From Terriglobales bacterium (GTDB lineage Bacteria; Acidobacteriota; Terriglobia; Terriglobales; Acidobacteriaceae): a stretch of 24,000 nt of DNA. Both the position numbers and the translations under genes were made by a program. The notes under the pieces are model-generated. The model made no database searches, was not told the origin of the DNA, and was given only the letters and a program-made list of their open reading frames with translations. The DNA is taken from assembly GCA_035606605.1 (NCBI GenBank), contig DATNEX010000152.1:1-24000 (forward strand), given 5' to 3'. This document shows, in pieces, positions 17,453-24,000 of the stretch (the first letter of the stretch is position 1; each line of letters starts with the position of its first letter).

Positions 17453-17578
17453 GGCTCGTTCGATTCTACTCTGGGTCTACGTATTTCAATCCTGCGACTT
17501 GCACCCGTAATCGCCACGGCGCGTCCGAGCGGGCCCGCAGCAACAGTCTGGATGTGATCAAGGATGCTCAGACCGTGG

Positions 17579-17611
17579 GAACGTGACTTTAGTACAAATA
17601 ATGTTAACTGT
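17579..17611 (+). promoter_or_regulatory. Copy 2 of the conserved 33-nt upstream element (GAACGTGACTTTAGTACAAATAATGTTAACTGT).
   Basis: 29/33 ungapped identity with 6041-6073 on the same strand. It sits in the 374-nt divergent region between TPR-C and GH38. A shared ATACTCC block follows at 17643-17649 (compare 6114-6120). Confidence 0.5.
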
Positions 17612-17826
17612 GTCCTATTTCTTTTCTCGGCCTTTCTGTCCGATACTCCCATATCGAAATGCTTCTGCTTCTGTTCGGCAGCTTTCAACAAGCAAGTCGC
17701 CTAAAGGTTCTCTTTATACAATTCCTAAAGTCATTCAAAATGCGCTGCGTTGGGTCAACGTTCGTTTTGAGTATTGGGGGACTAATGCATATTTCACCCG
17801 CTAGCACAGCCAACTCGGCCAAGTTA

Positions 17827-20800
17827 ATGGATTTTGCGAGGAGCAAACTTGCCCCGGTCGTCGGACTGGTGAGTCTATTGCTTGGCTCGGCAGCTTCGGC
17901 ACAACGGTCTACGGCACCTGATTTAAGCAAAGATCAGATGCTGTATGTGGTCGGCTATGCACATCTCGATACCGAGTGGAGATGGGAGTATCCACAGGTC
18001 ATCAACGAGTACCTCCGCAAAACCATGGAGGACAACTTCAAGCTTTTCGAGAAGTATCCGCATTATGTATTCAACTTCAGCGGGGCAAACCGTTACCGGT
18101 TGATGAAGGAGTACTACCCCGAAGACTTTGCGAAATTGAAAAGGTACGTGGACGAGGGCAGGTGGTTTCCCGCTGGCTCATCCATGGAAGAAGGCGACGT
18201 CAATACACCGAGCGCGGAAACGATTATTCGGCAAATCCTTTACGGCAATGAGTGGTTCCGCCGAGAATTCGGCAAGGCCAGCGCCGAATACATGCTGCCC
18301 GACTGCTTTGGCTTCCCGTCTTCGTTGCCGACAATTCTTGCGCACTCCGGAGTGAAAGGATTCTCCACGCAAAAGCTCGTGTGGGGATCATCGGCGCCGG
18401 GAGGCGGTGCCGAATCGATCGAGAAAACTCCCGAAGGCACGCCTTTCAATGTAGGTGTCTGGGTTGGTCCGGACGGCGAGAGCGTTCTGGCTGGCCTAAA
18501 TCCCGGTAGTTATGGCGGCGCCATCGAGAGTGACTTGAGCAAACCATTGCCGCCGCTTCCGGCTAACAACGCACTGGATGAACTCAAGAAAAAGGTTCAC
18601 GACCTCAGAGCAAAAATTGACGAGGATGATCGTAACAACAAGCTTGATCCAAAAGAGCTCGAACAGTATTACGAGTTACGCCGTCAGCGCGACGGATTCA
18701 ATCGCGCACAGCAGGAAGACGAATTGCATCATTATCAAAATGACTGGGCCCGCCGCGTAGAGCAGAACGGCAAGGTTGGTGGAGTTTTCACCGACTACCA
18801 CTATTACGGCACGGGAGACATCGGCGGCACGCCGGAAGAAGATTCCGTCAAGCGTTTGGAAGCCATTGTGACCAATGGGATCGCGAATCTGCCGCCCAGT
18901 CCGGCAAATCCTCAGGGCTGGCAAGGGAAAGTTGGCGATGGTCTCATACATGTGATTTCTGCGACAGCCGATCAGATGTTTAGGGACATAAATCCTAAGC
19001 AAGCCAAAGATCTTCCCCGCTACACAGGCGAAATGGAGCTCACAAACCACTCTGCGGGGTCGTTGACCTCTCAAGCCTACCAAAAGCGATGGTTGAGAAC
19101 GGAAGAACTGCTTGCCGAAGCAGCAGAGGAGGCATCCGTAGCGGCGGAATGGCTGGGCGCAAGGAAATATCCGCTGGAGAGGCTGAACAATGCATGGACA
19201 TTGCAGATGGGCGGTCACTTTCACGACATTGCCGCCGGAACGGCCACTCCCAAAGCTTATGAGTTCGCGTGGAATGACGATGTGATCGCCCTGAATCAGT
19301 TCGCCGCCGTCCTCACCAGTGCCAGTGAGGGCGTTGCGAGCGCGATGAATACAGAGGCGAAGGGCACATCAATTGTCATCTTTAATCCTCTCGGTATTTC
19401 ACGCGAAGACATCGTCGAAGCGTCCGTTGATTCTTCGAAGAACGCGGGTGTCCGCGTGGTCGGTCCCGATGGCAAAGAAGTTCCTGCGCAGATGCAGAAC
19501 AGCAAAGTTGTTTTTCTCGCGAAAACACCGCCGGTTGGTTACGCAGTGTACGATTTGCAAACTGACTCTGAGGCTTCACATCAGCCATCAACGCTGCAAG
19601 TTTCCGAAAACTCACTCGAAAATAAGTATTACCGCGTGAAAGTGAATCCGGATGGCGACGTCTCCAGCATCTTCGATAAATCCCTCAACAAAGAATTGCT
19701 TGCTGCTCCTATGCGTCTCGCGATTTCTTATGACAATCCCGAGCAGTGGCCGGCGTGGAACATGGACTGGGACCAGGAGCAATCTCCGCCCAAAGCTTAC
19801 GTAAGCGGCCCGGCGAAAGTTCGTGTTGTCGAAAACGGGCCGGTGCGAGTCGCCATAGAGGTGACACGTCAAACCGCAGGATCCAACTTCGTGCAGATCA
19901 TCCGCTTGTCATCAGGGGACGCTGGAAAACGCGTTGAGTTCGGAAACATCATTGACTGGAACACAAAAGAGTCGAACCTCAAAGCAGTGTTTCCGCTGAC
20001 TTCCAGCAATCGGATGGCAACCTATAACTGGGATATCGGCACCGTCCAACGCCCAACTGCCGAGCCGAAGAAATTTGAAGTTCCCTCGCACCAGTGGATT
20101 GATCTCACCGACATGAGTGGCACGTTTGGAGCGACAATTCTCACGGATTGCAAAAACGGTTCCGACAAGCCGAACGATAATACGATTCGCTTAACTTTGA
20201 TTCGCACTCCCGGCGTGCGCGGCGGATACCCCGATCAGGCCACGCAGGACATTGGCCACCATGAATTTGTCTTCGGTATCGCCGGGCACAGTTCAGACTG
20301 GCAGACCGCACAAACGGATTGGCAAGCGCAGCGCTTGAATGATCCTTTGATCGCATTCAAAACGTCGTCCCATCCAGGTGCCCTCGGCCGAGCATTCTCA
20401 CTAGTCAAGATCAGCGACCCTCGAATTCGCGTTTTGGCGTTGAAAAAAGCAGAGCATAGCAATGAGATCGTCCTTCGCGCAGTCGAACTCGATGGCAAGC
20501 CGCAGGAAAACGTCAAAATCGCATTCGCTGCTCCGATCAGCGCGGCTCGCGAAGTGAACGGACAAGAACAACCAGTTGGGCCCGCGACCGTGACGAATGG
20601 CTCGCTCGTCACGTCCTTCACTGCATATCAGCCACGAACATTCGCGATTAAACTCTCCCCGCCAGCGACCAAAGCATCAGGCGTCCGCTCCGTACCTGTT
20701 GCACTTGCTTATGATCTCGCAAGTGCCACAACCACCGGCACGCATTCGAACACCGGACTTGACGCCCACGGAAATTCCCTTCCGGCGGAAATGCTGCCGG

Positions 20801-22182
20801 AGCAGATAAATTTCGGCGATGTCAATTTTCAACTCGCAGCACCCGCTGCCCCTAATGCTGTCGTTGCAAAAGGTCAGAGTATCGACCTTCCCGTGGGCAA
20901 ATTCGAGCGCGTGCACATTTTGGCTGCCGCCGCCAATGGCGATCAGAAAGCCACATTCGAAGTCGGTAGTAAGCAGGTGGATCTCAATATCGAAAACTGG
21001 GGCGGGTTTATCGGCCAATGGGACAACCGCACCTGGTCAAAAAATGGCGCCAATGACGATTACGGCGAGATGACAGGACTGAAACCCGGTTATATAAAAC
21101 GTGCTGACCTGGCGTGGTATTCCTCGCACCATCACAACTCTGCAGGCGAGAACGTGCCTTATTCTTATTCCTATCTCTTCGCCTACGCGATCGACCTGCC
21201 GCCGGGTACCAAAAGCGTCAGGCTACCTGTGAATGACAACATTCGCATTTTCGCCATGTCTGTGAGTGACGAAGGCCCTCTCATTCGTCCTACGCAGCCG
21301 CTATATGATGTTCTACCCTTCCCGAAGAGCGGCGACCCTGATTTTCTTCTTGCGAGCTCGTCACCGAAGATGACGCTGCTTCAGGAGAGCAGTGAAACCG
21401 TTCAACTGGCGCTCACAGCGCTGAATGGATTTGAAGACAAACCGATTTTCACTGCTTCAGGACTTCCCGCGGGCGTTTCAGCCAAATTCGATCCAGGAAG
21501 CACCGCCCAAGCGTACAAGCTGACATTGATCGCAGATAGTTCTGCGAAAGCCACCTCTTCCACTGTGACCATCTCTGCTTCGGCGAGAAGCATCTCGCAC
21601 TCGACCACATTCGATCTCACCGTCGTACCAATGAAGCGCGGCGCCGTGCCGGTTGACCTCTCATCTGCGTACAACGTTCACGCGATCTACAGCGACGGAT
21701 CGAAGTTTGCAAATTCAAGCAGTATGGATCGCGGCGGTTTCGCATATTCGGGCAATCTGCTTGGACCGCAACAGACTTGGAATGGCGTGCAATTCAAGCT
21801 CGGTGCCCCCAATGTTCTCGACGCGGCAAGTGGGAAAGAGATTACCCTCCCAATCGCCAAGTTCCGGAGCTTAAGCCTCCTCGCGACTGCTGTGGACGGC
21901 AGCCAGGGAGATCAGGTTTTTACGGTCAATTACGCAGACGGAACTCGCCAGACTGTCGAGCAAAGTCTGAGCGACTGGTACGCACCGTCCAACTTCCCAG
22001 GAGAGTTCAAAGCAGTAATCATGCCCTACCGACTCTCGGGTACGGGCCAAAAAGACGAACGCACGTTTTATCTATACGCGTATTCGTTCGATCTCGATCC
22101 AAATAGAGATGTACGGAGTGTTAGCTTGCCCGACAACGATGCCGCACTGGTGTTTGCTTTGAGCCTCGAACCAACGCGCTAA
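17827..22182 (+). CDS. Secreted GH38 alpha-mannosidase with a ~500-aa C-terminal extension (two repeated modules plus an Ig-like linker domain).
   Basis: GH38 N-domain signatures are present: VVGYAHLDTEWRWEY (metal-binding H.D) and YMLPDCFGFPSSLP (nucleophile-Asp motif). Collinear middle and C-terminal regions follow (NHSAGSLTSQ, HFHDIAAGT, HQWIDL). Start chosen at ATG 17827 because MDFARSKLAPVVGLVSLLLGSAASA-Q is a canonical signal peptide. ATG 17785 and the ORF-track start 17659 remain possible. Confidence 0.9.
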   Translation: MDFARSKLAPVVGLVSLLLGSAASAQRSTAPDLSKDQMLYVVGYAHLDTEWRWEYPQVINEYLRKTMEDNFKLFEKYPHYVFNFSGANRYRLMKEYYPEDFAKLKRYVDEGRWFPAGSSMEEGDVNTPSAETIIRQILYGNEWFRREFGKASAEYMLPDCFGFPSSLPTILAHSGVKGFSTQKLVWGSSAPGGGAESIEKTPEGTPFNVGVWVGPDGESVLAGLNPGSYGGAIESDLSKPLPPLPANNALDELKKKVHDLRAKIDEDDRNNKLDPKELEQYYELRRQRDGFNRAQQEDELHHYQNDWARRVEQNGKVGGVFTDYHYYGTGDIGGTPEEDSVKRLEAIVTNGIANLPPSPANPQGWQGKVGDGLIHVISATADQMFRDINPKQAKDLPRYTGEMELTNHSAGSLTSQAYQKRWLRTEELLAEAAEEASVAAEWLGARKYPLERLNNAWTLQMGGHFHDIAAGTATPKAYEFAWNDDVIALNQFAAVLTSASEGVASAMNTEAKGTSIVIFNPLGISREDIVEASVDSSKNAGVRVVGPDGKEVPAQMQNSKVVFLAKTPPVGYAVYDLQTDSEASHQPSTLQVSENSLENKYYRVKVNPDGDVSSIFDKSLNKELLAAPMRLAISYDNPEQWPAWNMDWDQEQSPPKAYVSGPAKVRVVENGPVRVAIEVTRQTAGSNFVQIIRLSSGDAGKRVEFGNIIDWNTKESNLKAVFPLTSSNRMATYNWDIGTVQRPTAEPKKFEVPSHQWIDLTDMSGTFGATILTDCKNGSDKPNDNTIRLTLIRTPGVRGGYPDQATQDIGHHEFVFGIAGHSSDWQTAQTDWQAQRLNDPLIAFKTSSHPGALGRAFSLVKISDPRIRVLALKKAEHSNEIVLRAVELDGKPQENVKIAFAAPISAAREVNGQEQPVGPATVTNGSLVTSFTAYQPRTFAIKLSPPATKASGVRSVPVALAYDLASATTTGTHSNTGLDAHGNSLPAEMLPEQINFGDVNFQLAAPAAPNAVVAKGQSIDLPVGKFERVHILAAAANGDQKATFEVGSKQVDLNIENWGGFIGQWDNRTWSKNGANDDYGEMTGLKPGYIKRADLAWYSSHHHNSAGENVPYSYSYLFAYAIDLPPGTKSVRLPVNDNIRIFAMSVSDEGPLIRPTQPLYDVLPFPKSGDPDFLLASSSPKMTLLQESSETVQLALTALNGFEDKPIFTASGLPAGVSAKFDPGSTAQAYKLTLIADSSAKATSSTVTISASARSISHSTTFDLTVVPMKRGAVPVDLSSAYNVHAIYSDGSKFANSSSMDRGGFAYSGNLLGPQQTWNGVQFKLGAPNVLDAASGKEITLPIAKFRSLSLLATAVDGSQGDQVFTVNYADGTRQTVEQSLSDWYAPSNFPGEFKAVIMPYRLSGTGQKDERTFYLYAYSFDLDPNRDVRSVSLPDNDAALVFALSLEPTR

Positions 22183-22203
22183 GATTCTTCCCAAGGAGCT
22201 GAT

Positions 22204-22995
22204 ATGAACAGTACGCCTAATTCTCTGATAGTAGTGCTCCTTTGCACCGCGGTCTTGGCACAAGGTGGAGATTCGCAAACAACAGATCCAACTCCCGCTA
22301 GCGCGGGAGGCCAGGCCAGCGCCACTGCATCAAATCAGGCACATGACTCCTTCCGCGTAGCCGAGGGCAGCGTATTTCACGTTGTGCTCGCTAAGAATGT
22401 GGACGCGAAAAAGAACAAAGTGGGTGACGAGGTGACTACCACGGTTGTCGAGGACCTCAGGTCGCGTGGCCAACTGATGGTTCCGAAGAATAGCGTTGTC
22501 GTTGGCCACATCACGCAGATTGAGGCGCACAGCAAGGAGCATCCACAATCGCAAGTCGCTGTAGCTTTTGATCGGCTGGTCATCAAGGACGGTAGCGAAA
22601 TTCCGTTATCTGCCTCGATTCAGGCCGTGGCGGCACCCGAAACAGCGCCAAGTAATGATTCTGAGCAATCCGGCACGGGCTATGGCGAAATGGGTGGCTC
22701 GATGGGCGGGACTGTGGCGGGTTCTGGTGGGCGGGCCTCTCCATCCGTCCGCGGCACCTCTAGCGGAGTCGGAGGACCAGGAGCGGGTGCTGCTAAATCC
22801 ATCGGCAGCATAGGGGATACATCCAACGGGTCGCGGGGACTTTCGGCAGCAAGTCACGGGGTTATCGGGATCAAGGGTCTTTCTCTGAGCACGCAAGACG
22901 AGACGTCGCAAGACTCTGTGATCAGCTCAGATCACCAGAACATCCATTTGGAACACGGAACACAATTCGTGCTCCGAGTCAAGGCAAAATCATGA
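22204..22995 (+). CDS. Hypothetical secreted protein with a Gly/Ser-rich central segment.
   Basis: AAGGAG at 22193-22198 lies 5 nt before the ATG, and the gene starts only 21 nt after the GH38 stop. Signal peptide MNSTPNSLIVVLLCTAVLAQG. A beta-rich segment (GSVFHVVLAKNVDAKKNKVGDEVTTTVVEDLRSRGQLMVPKNSVVVGHITQIE..VAFDRLVIKDGSEIPLSASI) precedes a G/S-rich tract and a C-terminal ..IHLEHGTQFVLRVKAKS. I could not recognise a family confidently. Confidence 0.65.
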   Translation: MNSTPNSLIVVLLCTAVLAQGGDSQTTDPTPASAGGQASATASNQAHDSFRVAEGSVFHVVLAKNVDAKKNKVGDEVTTTVVEDLRSRGQLMVPKNSVVVGHITQIEAHSKEHPQSQVAVAFDRLVIKDGSEIPLSASIQAVAAPETAPSNDSEQSGTGYGEMGGSMGGTVAGSGGRASPSVRGTSSGVGGPGAGAAKSIGSIGDTSNGSRGLSAASHGVIGIKGLSLSTQDETSQDSVISSDHQNIHLEHGTQFVLRVKAKS

Positions 22996-23075
22996 AGCGC
23001 ATTTTCGCCTCTCCTTCTGAACGGGCGATCATTGACGCTCACTGCTCAATGCGTGATATTGCGCCTGAAATCCGT

Positions 23076-23130
23076 TTGACTGCGCCGGGCGTAATCGATT
23101 TATACTAAGATATCTATATAAAGACATCTA
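23076..23130 (+). promoter_or_regulatory. Candidate padR promoter/operator: TTGACT, an AT-rich -10 region, and two AAGAYATCTA direct repeats.
   Basis: TTGACT at 23076-23081. TTTATA/TATACT at 23099-23106, giving a 17-19 nt spacer. AAGATATCTA at 23107-23116 and AAGACATCTA at 23121-23130; the first contains the perfect palindrome AGATATCT. The region ends 4 nt before the padR ATG. Confidence 0.3.
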
Positions 23131-23133
23131 AGT

Positions 23134-23463
23134 ATGGCAAAGACGGATGCTCTCCAGGGTTCGCTAGATCTGCTCGTCCTCAAGATATTGTCGCGGCGCC
23201 CGCGACTGCACGGATACGCCATCATGGCTGCCATCGCCGGTACATCCGGCGAAGTACTGCGCGCAGAGGAGGGGTCGCTTTACCCCGCGCTGTATCGGAT
23301 GGAGGAAGCAGGTTGGATTCGTGCCGAGTGGATCAAGAAAGGCTCCGGCCGCCGGGCCCGCATCTACGAATTGACCGCCGCAGGCAAAAAGCAACTGGGA
23401 GTGGAAGAATCGCGCTGGCAGTCAGTCGTATTGGCAATCAACCGGGTTCTCCGGGAGGCCTGA
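23134..23463 (+). CDS. PadR-family transcriptional regulator.
   Basis: 109 aa with the canonical PadR winged-helix signature: LDLLVLKILSRRPRLHGYAIMAAI....EGSLYPALYRMEEAGWIRAEW......RRARIYELTAAGKKQL. Confidence 0.9.
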   Translation: MAKTDALQGSLDLLVLKILSRRPRLHGYAIMAAIAGTSGEVLRAEEGSLYPALYRMEEAGWIRAEWIKKGSGRRARIYELTAAGKKQLGVEESRWQSVVLAINRVLREA

Positions 23464-23464
23464 C

Positions 23465-24000
23465 ATGTCTATATGGTCCCGCATCTCGAATGCCCTGCAC
23501 GGCGAGCGCTTGAATCGCGAGATCGATGAAGAGTTGCAGTCACACATTGAAGAAGCCATTGCCTCAGGACGTGATCCCGGCGAAGCGCGCCGTGCTTTCG
23601 GCTCCGCTTTGCGTGCCCGCGAGGCGAGCAGCATTCGAGTTGCCGGATGGCTTGAGTCGCTTCTCGCCGATCTACGTTTCGGTTGGCGGCAGCTCTGCCG
23701 CAACAAAGTCGCGTCTGCGGCCGCTGTACTTTCCCTTGCCCTCGGCATCGGCTGCTGCGTCGCCGCCTTCCGGCTGATCGACGCCCTGCTCTGGAGACCC
23801 CTGCCTATCTCTAATTCCAGCGGCCTCTACTTCCTCTCCCGCAAGTTAACCGGCCCTGAGGGCAAGCCTATCGAGGATGGCTACTGGGCCACGCCGGACT
23901 TCAACCTCATGCGCGATGCTGCGAAGGACCAGGCCGAACTCATCGCCATCAGCTCCGCCGACCGCACGGACATCACCTGGTCCACCGACGACGACATGGA
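23465..24000 (+). CDS. ADOP-family duplicated permease (MacB/FtsX-like), N-terminal part; continues past the window end.
   Basis: Not in the ORF track because it has no stop in the window. My translation from ATG 23465 (1 nt after the padR stop) reads MSIWSRISNALHGERLNREIDEELQSHIEEAIASGRDPGEARRAFGSALRAREASSIRVAGWLESLLADLRFGWRQLCRNKVASAAAVLSLALGIGCCVAAFRLIDALLWRPLPI... This is the characteristic ADOP N-terminal prefix plus first transmembrane helix. The PadR-ADOP pairing is a recurring acidobacterial arrangement. Confidence 0.85.
   Translation, partial: MSIWSRISNALHGERLNREIDEELQSHIEEAIASGRDPGEARRAFGSALRAREASSIRVAGWLESLLADLRFGWRQLCRNKVASAAAVLSLALGIGCCVAAFRLIDALLWRPLPISNSSGLYFLSRKLTGPEGKPIEDGYWATPDFNLMRDAAKDQAELIAISSADRTDITWSTDDDM

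Noticed and set aside
17583-17804. ORF 17583-17804(+), 73 aa, and the 17659 extension of GH38 within the long intergenic region.
   Set aside because: Composition is atypical, with no SD, no signal peptide and no domain features. The canonical signal peptide begins at 17827. This region is better explained as promoter and leader DNA containing the conserved element.

Overview
The window looks like a chromosomal segment from an Acidobacteriota (Terriglobia-like) genome. This is inferred from gene content: a PadR regulator translationally coupled to an ADOP-type duplicated permease, a very large TonB-dependent receptor (TBDR) with an N-terminal carboxypeptidase-regulatory-like domain, and CRTAC1/ASPIC-UnbV proteins. 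Left to right: (1) a decayed junction holding a GH30-like fragment (+) and a truncated cutC (-). (2) A tightly coupled minus-strand fructose-family PTS operon, IIC > IIB > fused HPr-EI-EIIA(Fru), with an AraC-family regulator upstream. (3) A divergent plus-strand block of TBDR, TPR protein, two CRTAC1-family FG-GAP/UnbV proteins and a paralogous TPR protein, then a convergent third TPR protein. (4) A 1450-1500 aa secreted GH38 alpha-mannosidase with a long internally duplicated C-terminal extension, followed by a small secreted Gly/Ser-rich protein. (5) PadR plus the 5' part of an ADOP permease. I saw no rRNA, tRNA, CRISPR array, transposase, integrase or recognisable defence gene. The strongest non-annotated signal is a 33-nt element present twice on the same strand with 29/33 identity. 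One copy lies upstream of the TBDR and abuts the AraC gene start; the other lies upstream of GH38. A weaker, gapped third copy may sit upstream of the PTS operon. All three are followed by a -10-like (C/G)ATACT. This suggests, but does not prove, one regulon linking outer-membrane uptake, a secreted mannosidase and an inner-membrane PTS. Other items worth a second look: the FryA-like domain order of the PTS fusion protein, the TBDR-linked TPR/CRTAC1 module of unknown function, the duplicated GH38 C-terminal modules, and the gene-decay scar at the left edge. All calls rest on reading the translations and sequence by eye; no database search was run.
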